In this document: piece by piece, positions 10,387 to 23,879 of the stretch
Layout: each line of letters opens with the position of its first letter
Numbering within the stretch: the first letter of the stretch is position 1
Notes under the pieces: generated by a model
Told to the model about the DNA's origin: nothing
The model's input: the letters and a program-made list of their open reading frames with translations, nothing else
Databases searched by the model: none
Translations under genes and position numbers: made by a program
NCBI RefSeq assembly: GCF_018977255.1
Contig: NW_024704742.1
Location: 129,334,001-129,398,000 of the forward strand
Length of the DNA: 64,000 nucleotides
Direction of reading: 5' to 3'
Origin: Callorhinchus milii
Lineage: Eukaryota

Positions 10387-13300
10387 GTAGGCAGGTGCTG
10401 TGTGTGTGTGTGTGTATGTATAGAGGCTCACCGCTCCCTCACCGCTTAGGCCGCTTTGCTCCGGTGTGTGTCAGACAGACAGACAGACAGAAAGAGAGAC
10501 CGGGTGTTGGCTTCTGTCAGTACTCTGGTCACAAGGGGAGGAGGACAAATACATGTCTGTAAATCCTTAACCCCCTTCCCCCCCCCCCTCCCTCCCTCCC
10601 CACTCCCCGTCACAAGGGGAGGAGGACAAATATATATTTTATTTATAAACCCTCCACCTCCTCTCTCGCTCTCCAAACGCCCTACAGTAGACCCACACAT
10701 GTTGATCTATCTATAATAGAATATTGCTCCCCCCCACCCACCCACCACCCCCTTTTCTCTCTGCTCCCTCCTCCCCCTATTATATATTTTTATTCGGTTG
10801 CTGATGATAGGGTGTGCACCCTTGTAGGGTTTGCTGGGGGTGAGAGACACACAGTTGCTTGTTTGCGGTGTTGGTTCTGATGTTGCTGCCGGTGTGTGTG
10901 TGTGTGATGGGTGATTGCAACAGGACCGGTCATACATCAAAATCGAGACGCTGCCGCACGGCTGTCTGCTTTAAGTGGTGTCATTGAGTATCTCCCCCCC
11001 CCCCCCCCTTCTTCTTAATGTCCTCCCACTGCAGTGTGGGGGGTGTGTGTTGTGTGTGTGTTTGTGTGTGGGTACAAAGAGGAAGAAACTCTTTCCGTCT
11101 TGTCACACCGTGAAAAGGGAAAGTGCTTTTTTTTATTTCTTGGGCACTGCATGTGCGGAAGATTGTAAATGCGACGTGATTTTTTTTTTAATCTGTCACA
11201 GACCTGCAGCAAACACCGCTCCTGCTCTTCTGCAGTTTTCTCTCAAAATGTAAATTGTTTCCTCCTCTTCCTCGTGGACTCTTGGCTGTAAGCCTCCTTG
11301 AGCTGCGCGTGTTTCCCGACGTGAAAGGCGCTCTATAAATGGAATCTTGTTGTTGTTGTTCGCCAGTGGGAAGATCTTTTCGAATGGGTGTATGTGCTTA
11401 CGGCCACCATCCCCCTCTCCCCCGGCTCCAAGTCAGGCTCTGCTACTGTTAAGCGCTCTTAGGCGCTACCCTGCGTGGAGGGCGCTATACAAGTGCAAGT
11501 TGTTGTAAGGTGTGAATATCATTCTGCTCAACCAGATCAATGACCTTCCCCCTTAAATGTGAGATCTGTTTAAGCTGAGATGATGTGATATACTGTATCA
11601 GCTTGTATTATTTATTGTTAAACTTTTGCATCTTAATTCACGGGCCGGTGTTTTGCAGAACAATGTGGCATCCAAATGTGTTTAGCAAATATGTTTATTT
11701 GTTTACACACTCATGATGCTTTGATGTAATTGGTGATTTGGTGATTGGTGTCCTTTTTTTATAAATGATGTTAAAGTATGAATGTTGTGACCTAAAGTTT
11801 ACAGTGTGAAGGTAAATCTGTAATAATGATCATTGTCAGTGCCAGGCTTCATAACCAGACACAACTGTTGGCTGCTTTGCACCTGCACTTAGCATTGTTT
11901 CGGATATTTATGAAGGTTGTGTTCTGTTTTTATAATTTTACTGCACACCAATGTTCATGGCTAAAGGCTTTCATATCTGTTTTTAGCAATTAACATTTTA
12001 TCCAATCATTATTATTATTTCTGATTGGGGTATAAAAATGCTTAGGTTCTGTTTTTGAGTTGCGTTCCCCAGATGCCTCATCCTTCCGGTTCTCTTGACA
12101 ATGATGCTGTTGAGCTAACCAAAAATGTGTGAGATTGATCCCATGCTTACCTTTTTCCACTTTTCCCGGGGGAAGCAATGACTTCTGCTTTTCCTGATGA
12201 GAAAGATACGACTGTGATTTCACCTAGAGAGAAATAGTAGACACAAAAATGGAAGCGCTTTCTTTTCTGTTCAGTGGTAGAATGTGTTAAAATAAACCTT
12301 TGCACTTAATAAAAAAAGAGAGGTGGCCCAGTGATAGGAATCTTCACCAGAACACATTTTTTTCCTTGTGAAACATTACACGATAATGTAACCTTGGAAT
12401 TCTACTAAGGGTATATTTTCTAACAGCAGAATACTATTTGGGGGGAAAAATACTATTGTAGCCATATGTTGTATAACAGCTGCTTGTAATGTGAGAAACT
12501 ATATATAACTTAATAATAATACAGTATGATATTTAGTATTATAAGTGATAAAAAAGACAAGCTTGTATAATTTTTGGTCTTTTCTATTCAATGACAACAA
12601 CAAAATTATGTTTGTATAGTGCTTTTCACGTCAGGAGGATGTCCAAATCAGCAGTGTACCTGCCATTTTATAACTGCTTCTGAATTAATCATTTATTTCC
12701 ATTTCTTATGGTTTCATTCCTGCAGTGGTTATGCATTTTTAAGCTCTAATATTAGATTGGAAGTCATTAGTAACCAACCTGCTCTGAGCAAGTTGTCTGC
12801 TATACTTACAGAATGTGAAACCTCTTCACTTTTGTTAAATTCTGTGAATGCTTTGAGATATCCTTCAAACGTGAGTGGTACTGTATCAAATACAAGCATT
12901 ATTATCTGAAACTGATCTTTGTTTCGTGCTGCAAAGTTGTGCTTTTGAACAACTGGAGAAAAGAGGCGGTACAGAGTTAAATATTATCCAGTTTACACTT
13001 GATTCAAAGAAACCATCGGTCTTGTTGTTGGGATCTTCAGATGTGTTGTCCTTGGTGGTCATCCATAGATGTGGTTCCCACTCGGAAGAAAGAAGGGGAT
13101 CCAATTTTGTACCATATGTACCATTCTTTGTATGAGAGGTTAAACCAAATCTCAGCTTCCTGACTAGATGAAAGTTAAGCATCCCATTCTTAAAGAGAAA
13201 TTCAAATAAGAGATGGGAGCTTTTCCCAGTTTCTTGGAAAGAATACTGCCCCTTCCTCCCAATAAAATTGGTCACTCCTAGCTGTTTGTGGGACATTGTA

Positions 13301-14324
13301 TGATCAAATTAGCTGGTATATTTATCCACAAAATACGTACACTTTATAGTATATCGTGAAATGCTTTGAAATATCCCGACAACATGATAAGTTGCTATAT
13401 CTCATGTAAAGATTATTATTACTGTATTACTATTTCTGTATGGATACCTCAGTGCAGTGTTGGAAACTTTCTTTAAAATGGAACGACGTTATCAGTTTAA
13501 ATTCTTTGTTAGGACTTTGGGTTTATAGTTGCATGTCAGTGCAGTGTTGGAAGTACTGCAATGTCAGAGGTGCTGCCCTTCCGATGAAATGTTTAACCAG
13601 GGTCTTCTGTCTGTTTGTTAAAGTGCTTTCTACCAATCCCATGATGCTATTCAAAAGAAAAGAAATTTTCTCCCGGTGTCCTCACCAATAATTATCCAAA
13701 TAAACTACTTTTTACTGTTTAGTTCAGCAATGAAGGTCTGATAGCACCCGCTCTTCTTGTGTTTGTGCTGTGATTAATATGCATACAAGTCGTGTTCATT
13801 AATGGCGAATCGCAAGTCTGTCGTTAGAGAGGTTCAGAGTGTCTTGTCAGGTGGTGTACAGAGACCAGCTTACCATTCCTATTTGAAAGAAACATGGATT
13901 TTTTTCTCCTGTTAACCTCCTATTTTCCTAATTCCAAATTCAAATCAATCTTTTTGTTTACGGAACATTACAGGTGCATAATATCTGACGTGTCTGCCTA
14001 TGCATCAACATACAGCTTCAAGTATATTTTGTAAAGCGTTTTGGGATGTTTATTTTTATGATTTATGTAAATGTTGTGGCAATATAATCCAAGTTATTGT
14101 TAAAAATATATACATTTTTGTGCTGTTACCAGCACACTCATTTTATAAATAAAAAAATAATAATAATTGGTCACTCAATCCACAACTGTTTGTGGGGCAT
14201 TGCAATGCACAATTGGTTGCTGCGCTTCACCCACAAAATATAGTCAATTTACAGTATATTCTGTGACATGCTTTGAGGTGTCCCAAAGATGTGATAAGGG
14301 GCTCTACCAAATGCAAGTATTATA

Positions 14325-16132
14325 AATATATAAAGAGGAAGAGGCTGTCCAGGGTAAATGCGGGTCCGCTACAGGCAGAGACGGGGAGAATTATAGTAGT
14401 GGACAAAGACATGGCAGAGTCATTAAACAAGTACTTTGCAACTGTCTTCACCTTAGAAGACACTGAAAACCTACCAAGAATAAAGGGGAACCAAGAAGAA
14501 AATGTTAGCAAGCAACCTGGAGGAATTAATATTAGTAAAGAAATGGTTTTAGGTAAATTATCAGGTCTTAAAACTGATAAATCTCCTGGACCTGATGGCC
14601 TACCTCCTAGGGTTTTAAAAGAGGTGGCTACTGAGATAGTGGATGGCTTGTCTTTGATCTTCCAAAATTCTCTGGATTCTGGAACGGTTCCCATTGATTG
14701 GAAGATTGCAAACGTGACACCACTATTTAAGAAGGGTGGGAGAGAAAAGATGGGAAACTATAGACAGTTAGTCTGACATCAGTGGTAGGGAAAATTCTTG
14801 AGTCCTTAATTAAAGATGTCATTATGGGATTCCTGGAAGACCATAACAAGATTAGGTAGAAGGGAAGTCATGCTTAACTAATCTTTTAGAGTTTTTTGAA
14901 GATGTATCTAGCAGGTTAGATAGAGGGGAACCAGTAGATGTAGTATATTTAGATTTTAAAAAGGCATTTGACAAAGTGCCACACAAAAGGCTATTGCACA
15001 AGGTTAAGGCCCACGGGATTAATGGGAACATATTAGCATGGATTGAAGAGTGGCTAATGGGTAGAAAACAGAGAGTAGGGATAAACGGGTCATTCTCGAA
15101 TTGGCAGGATGTGACTAGTGGAGTGCCACAAGGATCAGTGCTTGGGCCTCAGCTATTTACAATTTACATCAATGATCTAGACGAGGACATTGAATGTAAC
15201 GTATCTAAATTCGCGGATGACACTAAACTAGGTGGGAGAGTAAGCTCTGAGGATGATGCAAAAAGATTGCAACGGGATATAGATAGGCTCGGGGAGTGGG
15301 CGAGTAGGTGGCAGATGGAATTTAATGTGGGGAAGTGTGAAGTTATTCACCTAGGTAGAAAAAATAGAAAAACATATTATTTTCTAGAGGGGGAGAGATT
15401 AGATAGTGTTAGTGTTCAGAGGGATTTGGGTGTCCTTGTACACCAGTCTCAACAAGTTAGTTTGCAGGTGCAACAAGCAACTAAGAAGGCGAACGGCATG
15501 TTAGCGTTCATTGCAAAAGGTTTAGACTACAAGAGTAGGGAAGTCTTGCTGCAACTGTATAGGGCTTTGGTGAGACCGCACCTAGAGTATTGTGTGCAGT
15601 TTTGGTCTCCTTATTTAAAAAAAGACATACTTGCCCTAGAGGGGGTGCAGCGTAGATTCACTCGGTTAGTTCCTGGGATGAGGGGACTGACCTATGAGGA
15701 TAGGCTGAATAAACTAGGGCTGTATTCTCTAGAGTACAGAAGAGTTAGGGGAGATCTCATTGAAACATATAAGATTCTTAAAAGGCTGGATAAAGTAGAG
15801 GGTCTGTTTCCCCTGGTAGGAGAATCTATAACCAGGGGTCACCGTCTTAAAATTAAGGATCAGCCTTTTAGAACAGAGTTGAGGAAACATTTCTTCATTC
15901 AGAAGTTAGTGAATTTATGGAATTCACTACCCCAGAAGGCTGAAGATGCTCAGTCCTTGAACATCTTCAAGGCTGAGACTGATAGATTTTTTTAAAAAAA
16001 CAGAGGGATTAGGGGCTATGGGGATAGGGCAGGTAATTAGAGTTAGGTCTGAAGATCAGCCATGATCTTATCGAATGGCGGGGCAGGCTCGAGGGGCTGA
16101 ATGGCTTGCTCCTAATTCTTATGTTCTTATTA
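14325..16132 (+). mobile_element. 5'-truncated CR1 LINE (~1.8 kb), defective
   Basis: KSPGPDGLPPRVLKE, WKIANVTPLFKKG, GVPQGSVLGP, RT motif FADDTKL; frameshift/deletion near 14770-14860; (TTCTTATG)-type 3' repeats. Confidence 0.95.
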
Positions 16133-18167
16133 TTAAAAGTTGTTTGCACAAAAAGATCTCGGTTTCAGATATCAACAAGAGTATTAATGAGTTTCATTCC
16201 ACACTGTAGTGGTGTATAGTATATACTTACCCTGTTATCAGACTATAATTGAATGCAAGGTGGATGGCACCTGTCACACTGACAGTGCTGATTTTAATCT
16301 TGTGTATTATAGTGTCTTCAAAACAACTCTAAACATATTTTAATTTGGTAACATACTCCCAACCATCTATTTTATCTAATATGCTCAGTATTATGACATG
16401 CTTCATAATTCCACACTATTAGTGTTTTACTGGTTGCACAAGGTGAGGCTCATAATAAACTACAATTTTTTTTTTAAAAAACTATATTTTTGAATTCCCC
16501 TCCTCACTCCTCATCTCCACGAGCAGGGTTTCTAGACTGGATATGGATTAGGTGCTGACAGCCATCTGGCAGCTTGGCCAAGTGGTGGAATCTGGACAGT
16601 GAGTTTCAGCAGGCTATTTGTCACTGGGTTAATCCCAACAACCCTGGCCTGTGTCTTCACCAAATGTTCAGGAAATAGCATGCCATCAACCAGCGTCATT
16701 GAATCAGGAGAGAGAGAGACTCGTTCTTTTTTTATCTTCTATTTTGCCTCCCCAACCAACCCACCTGGGCACGAAAGCCAATCAAACCAAACTGCTTAGA
16801 CCAGAAGCCCTCCTGACCAAAGCCCTCCGGGATGTTACCCCGCATAAAGAGCACTATATAAGTGCAAGTTGTTGTTGTTGACCTGTGTTGCAGTACTACA
16901 TTAGCCTGGAAAGAGCAACTAGAATTTTTTATATGTTTTGTTGTTATCTCTATCTGTAACCACCCTGGGACTAAATGTGCCACACATTGATGAAATTGAT
17001 AACTAAGCCACATTCAGCAACCAGATATTGTTGTCCAAATTACTTTTCATGTGCTTTCATGTGATATTAATAGTATGGGCTATAAATCAAAATGTTTTTA
17101 CACCACTTATGGCATACTACAATTCCAAGCATTCCTTTCCAGGACAGCACAGCAAAACAAACTGAAGGAATGTTGAGTAAAAAGAAAATGCTGTGATTTT
17201 AAAAATGTCAGGACATCACAACATTTCAGAATTATTGTGCAGAACATTGCAGAAAATTTATAGCAAAGTCTCGAGTCTGTCTCACTAGTTTACCATGAAG
17301 TGTATAGATAATGTTTGGCAAATGCTCTGATGGACAGCTTGTCTCTTGCTGGCAGTTTTCCCCAGACATTTAACAGCCATACTAGCCATATCATCTAGTG
17401 TAGTAGATTTCTAAGCTTCAACATGCATGGCTGGAGTGGTTTGTGGTGCTTAGAAAAAGCGTTTGTATCTGTCCTCATTGTCAATTTTATTGCTTCGGTC
17501 AGTAGTATATTAGCATTTGGGTAGAATGGGGTGGAAGATAGAACGCAGAATACTCCCAATTGTGGTATCTTCATACAACTCTTGCCAAAAGTATGGGTAA
17601 TTTCATTTTAATGTCAACTTGAGTTTATAGGGATGGTTAAAAACGTGGCCACCTCCATTTATGCTGGATTCATAGTAACTATTTCCAAACAGTCCTAGAA
17701 GCAGCTTGTTTTAAGAGGACTCGAGAAAACTGTTTTAAGTATATTGTTGCAAATCCTTTCACTTTAAGTACAGCGCATTGGGGGCACCAATTTGTGGTGC
17801 CAGGGGGGTAAGGAGGAGAAATAAATTATTTTCCCTCATACTACTGAGTTCCTGTTCCTGTCTAAATTGCTCTGAAAGGGTAAAATGTGAGGGAGAGACT
17901 TTCCCACCTATGTCACATGCGCTCTTGAATATATGAGACAAGTCTTGCTTCTTCAGTCATTTACATAAATTCCAACAATCAGAAACTATTATACTTAATC
18001 TATTATTAATCTCATGTATGTATTATTACTTGAGGGAGAAAAGAAGAAATGTTTTCACCTGGAGGCTTATGAGAATATTAAGTGTTTAGCTGTTGAGGCT
18101 GAAACCATAACAGCACTAAAAAAATAAATTGGATGAAATGTTGAAGCCATAGAATGTAAAGGACTGT

Positions 18168-18477
18168 GGAGTCCTGTAGCTCAGTGGTTAGAGCACTCGC
18201 CTTGCAAGCGAGACACCTGGGTTCAATTCCAGGCAGGGCGAAACCTTGGGCAAGTTTCCTTACTCCACACGCCTGATAATAATCCCTCCAAAACTAAACA
18301 ATAATAAATTGGTCATTTTCAATCCACGACTGTTTGTGGGCCACCGCTGTACACATTCGGCTGCTGGTTTTGCCCACAAATATATGACCAATTCACTTTA
18401 CAGCATATTCTGTGAAGTGCTTTGAGATGTCGAAAAGACGTGAAAAGGGCTATATCAAATGCAAGAATTATTATTAT
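18168..18477 (+). mobile_element. Young Deu-domain SINE
   Basis: Full head, core and tail; flanking repeat TAAAGGA. Confidence 0.92.
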
Positions 18478-18576
18478 AAAGGAAGGGGTATGGGGAAAGA
18501 GCCGGGAATTGATATTTGGTTAGTCACCGACTGTAGATGAGTTAGCACCAATTAAATGCTTGATGGGTTGAATGGC

Positions 18577-20389
18577 CTCATCAACCTCCCCCTGTCACCT
18601 GGCACTGTTCCTACCCCCCTCAAAACAGCCAGTATCACCCCCACCTTGAAGAAACCTTCCTTTTTTACCCAACACAGCTATCTAGCTACCGGCCCATCTC
18701 CAATTTCCCTTTTCTGTCCAGGGTTCTTGAGAGCCGTTGCCTCCCAGCTTCGCTCTTTCCTTTCCTCCCACTCCCTCCATGAGCCCCTCCATTCGGGTTT
18801 CCGTGCTGCCCACAGCACGGAAACTGCTCTGGTCAATGTCACAAATGACATCCTGACCATGTGTGACCAGGGTTCCCTCTGCCTCCTTGTCCTCCTCGAC
18901 CTCTCCGCCGCTTTTGACACTGTGGATCATTCAATCCTCCTCCACCGCCTCTCCTCTCACCTCAACCTCCAAGGTTCTGTCCTTGAGTGGTTCAGGTCCT
19001 ACCTTTCACACCCCCTCTACTTTGTCTCAGCCAATGGCTTCTCCTCCAGCCTCCACACTGTCTCGTGCGGCATTCCTCAGGCTCTATCCTCGGTCCCCTC
19101 CTCTTCACCCTCTACATACTCCCCCTTGGTGACATCATCCACAGACATGGGGTAAATTTTCACATGTCGGTGGATGACACCCAACTTTATCTCTCTGCCT
19201 CCATCCTCAACTCTAGGACTACTGCCATCCTGATTGACTGCCTGTCCGACATCAAATCCTGGACAAGGGACAACTTTCTCCTGCTAAATGTCAGCAATAC
19301 CGAGGCCCTCTTAATTGGCTCGCGCTAGCACCTCCGCACCTGGCAGGATCAGCCTCCACGGCTGCACACTCAACCTCACTAAGCCAGTCAGGAACCAGCG
19401 CCTTGGGACGTCCTCCCGACGTGAAAGGCGCTCAATAAATGGAATCTTGTTGTTGTTGTCTTGTTTGACGCTGAACTGTCCTTTCTCCCCCACATCCGCG
19501 CCATGACTGGCACTGCCTATCACCACCTACGCAACATTGCCAGACTCCGTCACTGCCTCACCCCTCAAGCTGCGAAGCCCTTACCCACCCTTTGGTCACA
19601 TCAAGGCTCGATTATGGAAATTCACTCTCATCGGCCTTCCCAACTCTTCCCTTCACAAGATGCAGATCATCCAAAATTCTGCATCTCGTGTACTCTTGCA
19701 CACCAGGCTCCGTGACCCCATCACTCCCACTCTCGCCTGACTCCACTGGCTCCCCATCCCTCAGAGGATCGAATTCAAGATCCTCGTCCTCACTTTCAAG
19801 GCCAATAATAATCCCTCCAAAACAAAACAATAATAACTTGGTCATTTTCAATTCACGACCGTTTGTGGGACATTGCTGTGCGCAATTGGCTGCCGCGTTC
19901 GCCCACAAATATACAGTCAATTCACTTTACAGCATATTCTGTGAAGTGCTTTGAGATGTCTAGAAGATGTGGAAAGCGCTACATCAAATGCAAGTATTAT
20001 TATTAACATTATCCATGGCCTTGCCCCCTCCTACCTCTCTGACCTACTGACTTCCTACCAAACTGCCTGGTCAGCGGGCTCCGGCCTGCTCCTTGTCTCC
20101 CGCCCGACCTGCCCTACCATCGGTGGCCGAGCTATCAGCCTCTCTGCCCCCCACCCTCTGGAACTCCATCCCACAGTCCCTTCGCCTCGCTTCCTCACTT
20201 ACTTCCTTCAAGTCCGGTTTCAAGACCCTCCTCTTCGATCGTGCCTTCGGTCGCCCTTCCACCTCTCTGCCTTCCCTCACCCCTACCCCACCCCTCCCCC
20301 ATGCTTGGATCCTGACCTCTGACTGTCCAGTGCCTTGGGATATCCTCCCGATGTGAAAGGCACTCTATAAATGTAATTTTGTTGTTGTT
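18577..20389 (+). mobile_element. 5'-truncated L2 LINE with nested insertions
   Basis: RT motifs HSTETALVNVTNDIL and LLVLLDLSAAFDTVDHSILL; (TTG)n tail at ~20380; contains an L2 tail (19396-19460) and a SINE (19803-20005). Confidence 0.93.
19803..20005 (+). mobile_element. 5'-truncated Deu-domain SINE nested in L2
   Basis: Starts at aataataatccctcc; core and (ATT) tail present; L2 resumes at catggccttgcc. Confidence 0.88.
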
Positions 20390-22460
20390 CCTAGGCTGTA
20401 ATTGTTATGATGTGTCATAGTTGAGTCCTAAGGTCCATGGAAGCAGCTGTGACTTTCCTGGAGCCAATTCTACTCCAAATATTGGGCATTACCTCATGCC
20501 AGAGCCTGGTGCTTAAGATGTTGCACGATTGGATGACTTACTATTTTTATGGTTGTAAATCAATTTTAAAGATGTTGTCAGGTGATATTTGTGAGCTACA
20601 GTACTGGATAACTGTGTACTTCAACTGGAAAAGGCACTGGTCGGTAATGAATTGTTGGAAACAATTTTGCTGATTGTGGTTGTTTGTATTAGTGCTTTAT
20701 TGACTCAAGTACAATACTATATAGCTTGACAAAACATGATTGCCTCTCAGCTGCTCTCAGCTGTTTCAAGTAAAGGCCACATATGTATTTTTCGTAGGGA
20801 AGGAGGAAATCTAATGGATACAATACAAAATTACATTTGTATAGCACCTTTCACGTCGGGAGGACATCCCAAGGGGCTGAGATGGATTAATTTGGGACTC
20901 TGTCTCTCAAGATAAGTTGCAAACCAACATCAGTGTGTCCTGTAGCTCCCTTTCTCATCCCTATCTGCTCTTAATTGAACTTGTGCTTACACTTGATGTA
21001 TTCCTTGACTAAATTTCTGTTTCAAACCTTGCACTCAGTTTTTGACTATCTCTAGAACATTCTCCACTTCTGCCCCAATCTTACCTCTGTCCTCTGATCT
21101 GGATTTGGAAATAGCTACAGTAAGAGATAGAAACCATAATGCAAAACATTTCAGCACAAGATGAAATTTTAAAGTTTAAAAGGACCCAAAAGGGAATTGA
21201 AAATGAGGACAACCAGGAGATAAATACAGTAATATATCAGTAATCCTTCCATTTAGTACAGCATTTTATTATCTTGTCAATATCTCCAAGTGCTTCATAG
21301 GTTTTATTGTAAGTCAACATATTAAATGTCTTCTTGGAGGTAGTAGTGTGATGAACATCCAGTTCATGTAGTGTTGCTGTGGAATTTTGAGATTAACTCT
21401 ACCTAGGGTTACTTAAAGAGATAGGTGAGAAGGAGAGTTTGAAGGAGTGAGTCAACAGTTGTGAGTTTCTAACAGACTGGGAAGCAGAAAATTTTTCCAT
21501 GTGCAAGAAGTGTAACCAAGACATACCTGGAATTGCAAACCCATAGCCAGAACTCAATAATTGGAAAACTAATTGAATCAATAATCAGAAGTTTAATGTA
21601 ATGGGNAAAAAACACAACTTCAGATAGGTAGCTCCTGTTGTAACAATTATTATGGACTTTTGTGGAGATAATATCCCAAAATGTCAGTGGGAAACTAATG
21701 TCTAGTGTAGTTAGACACACAATATAAGAAACGGTGTGATGGGTAATATTATTCTGTAAGTGTGACGTCAAATTGGCTGAATGTCCACCTTTATTTAAAG
21801 CTGCTCTTGTGATCTTGATTCATTCAGTTACTTATAGTCATATTGGCCAACAGAAGACGCTTAATCCACCTCTGGATTTAAACCCAGTCCTTGAAACTGA
21901 AAATTGTCCTACTTACTGAATCTTTTAATCTGTGATGTTAAATTAGGCAACAATGGTAATATCTATTCTGTTTTAGGAAAGATATAATCAGATCTTCTGT
22001 TAAACAGCACATTAGAACTATTTTTTTCCTACAATGTGTGCAGGTGGACATTAAAGATCCCATGGCACTGTTTGAAAAGAGAAGGGAGTTTCTCATGGTA
22101 TCTTGACCAACAATCTCCCAGACAAAATTGGTCATTCACTTCATGTAGGACATTGCTATAAGAGACTTTACTGTGTTTATTATGTATCCTATGAAGCGCT
22201 TTGAGACAACCTCCTGGACTGAAAGGCAGTATATTAAATGCAAGAATTATTATCATTACCATAAACTTCAGAACTTTAGCAAGTTAAGGATATAGATTAC
22301 ATTGTTAAAGGTATATGTTTAGTGGTGCTTAATGTTGAATTTAATACAAATTGCTGATGGTTTTTGATAGGCAATATCAAGAGTTAAATAGAATATTATT
22401 TTCATACTTTCTGTGCTCATACATTTTGCCCCCTTTATTTTTCAGACTCAAGATTGTAAA

Positions 22461-23387
22461 ATGGTTTCATGTCCCACGAATGTGATACTGAAGTGGCTTG
22501 AACATCTGAACAGTTCCTGGGCCTTGGAAGACAGCGAGTCTGCAGCCACAAGGGAAGGTGCCACAGCATTATATGAAAAGCTGCTCAACAACAAAGAAGT
22601 GGTCGGAGTATCTCAGCAGGCACAACACCTAATAGGCCCTCGACTGCCAGATTTCGAGCATGAGTCTTCAGCTGTGGAAGAACGTGAGCAGTATCTCTCT
22701 GCACTGCTCAACAGCCAACAAAATTTGGCTCGGATAGTCTTTGGAAATTCGCCTTATGCTGTAGCCTTGCATAAGCGATTAGTATCGCTTCAAAGAATCT
22801 TCTATGCACTTTCTAACAAATACCATGATCGGTTTAGATCAGGGCAGCAAGTACAAAGGCAGAGTTCGGACAGCAGATTGGATCTGAGAGATACATTGGC
22901 CAGGAATACCAGAGTAAAATCAGGTACTGATGTTCTAATCGAGCTGGGAGTGAAGACTGGCCTAAGCCTACTGTTTGCACTAATTCAACAAAACTGGCAA
23001 CAATCGAAGCTGGATCCAAGCTTGAGCCTGTGCAATGATGTTTTGTGTACAGCGTGCACAATTATCAATTCTCTACCTCCGCTTTCTCTAGCAAACGAAA
23101 ATAAAATTCCGCAAGTCGGTCTGGACTGCCTCACGCAAGTGACTATGTTTCTGAAGAAGATGACCATGCCCAGTTCTGGGGCTGACAGTGAGGGACGAAG
23201 ATTGGCTTCAGAGCTCCTGTTAGGCCTTGCAGTGCAGCGTGGCTCCTTGAAGTTCCTGCTGGAATGGATTGAAGTAGCATTGGCTGCTTCAGCAGCTGCT
23301 GCTAATGCTCATTTTGCACCAGATAAAGAAGGAATGATCGGACATGATTGTTTTTTAAAATCTTTGGAGCAACTGAAGCATTCTTCA
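22461..23387 (+). CDS. HERC1: HERC1-like coding exon 1 (exon starts 22446; ATG 22461)
   Basis: Acceptor ttttcag at 22445; MVSCPTNVILKWLEHLNSSWALEDSESAATREG...LKHSS; donor TCA|gtaagt; 927 nt, phase 0. Confidence 0.95.
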
Positions 23388-23503
23388 GTAAGTAAAACAC
23401 ACAGTCAATCCACTTTACAATAAATTCTTTGAAGCGCTTTGACATTTCCTAGCGAAGTGATAAGATGGTAAATCAAAGGCATGGATTCTTAATATTTCAG
23501 AAT

Positions 23504-23665
23504 ATTTGAAATCATAGTGCGGTTTACAACCAGAAACAGCGCATTCCAAATGCAGAAATACATTTGCATGTTATTCAGTCAGACTAAAGACTGAATAACA
23601 TGCAAATGTATTTCTGCATTTGGAATGCGCTGTTTCTGGTTCTGAACCGCACTATGATTTCAAAT
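23504..23665. repeat. Near-perfect inverted repeat, 77-bp arms, 8-nt loop
   Basis: 23504-23580 vs reverse complement of 23589-23665, 2 mismatches. Confidence 0.95.
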
Positions 23666-23879
23666 TCGGGGACAGACAAACTGAGAACCTGGATATGTAT
23701 GAGCTGACCAGGGAGAGGCAACATGGTTTTGACAGAAACTTTGAGGTGGTAGTTAGGAGGATTGTTGGAAGCCATCCACATCCACACATTATCATTTGGA
23801 GGTGCAGAAAGCAATCAAAAAGTTCAGTGAAATGCTGGGATTTTGACAAGTTAACTGGAATATGAAAGCAAACTAAAAT

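Larger units (their letters stand above)
8930..10460. promoter_or_regulatory. CpG island / probable bidirectional promoter
   Basis: Sharp GC and CpG enrichment against an AT-rich, CpG-poor background. Full CRE TGACGTCA at 9609 and 9915, E-box CACGTG at 9585 and 9685, ETS CGGAAGTG at 9928, many GGGCGG boxes, CCAAT at 10104, RFX X-box-like GTTGCCACAGCGAC at 10174. Confidence 0.88.

Noticed and set aside
8907..10716. Many Arg/Gly/Pro-rich ORFs in the GC-rich region
   Set aside because: Expected by chance in a CpG island; no recognisable protein.
14273..15995. 339-aa and 167-aa RT ORFs as an active retroelement or a prokaryotic-type RT system
   Set aside because: Ordinary 5'-truncated CR1 with a frameshift and deletion, lacking the endonuclease and ORF1.
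18168..18240. tRNA-Ala(TGC)-like sequences with A and B boxes (also 4951, 6913, 28122, 40528, 42592, 46511 and 4227 on -)
   Set aside because: Each continues into the same SINE body and tail and the copies carry scattered mutations; these are SINE heads, not tRNA genes.
21606..21606. Single N base
   Set aside because: Assembly ambiguity, not biology.
22413..22460. ORF-track start at 22413 for the 336-aa ORF
   Set aside because: This is a GTG in intronic sequence; the acceptor is at 22445, homology starts at ATG 22461, and the ORF end runs past the donor at 23387.
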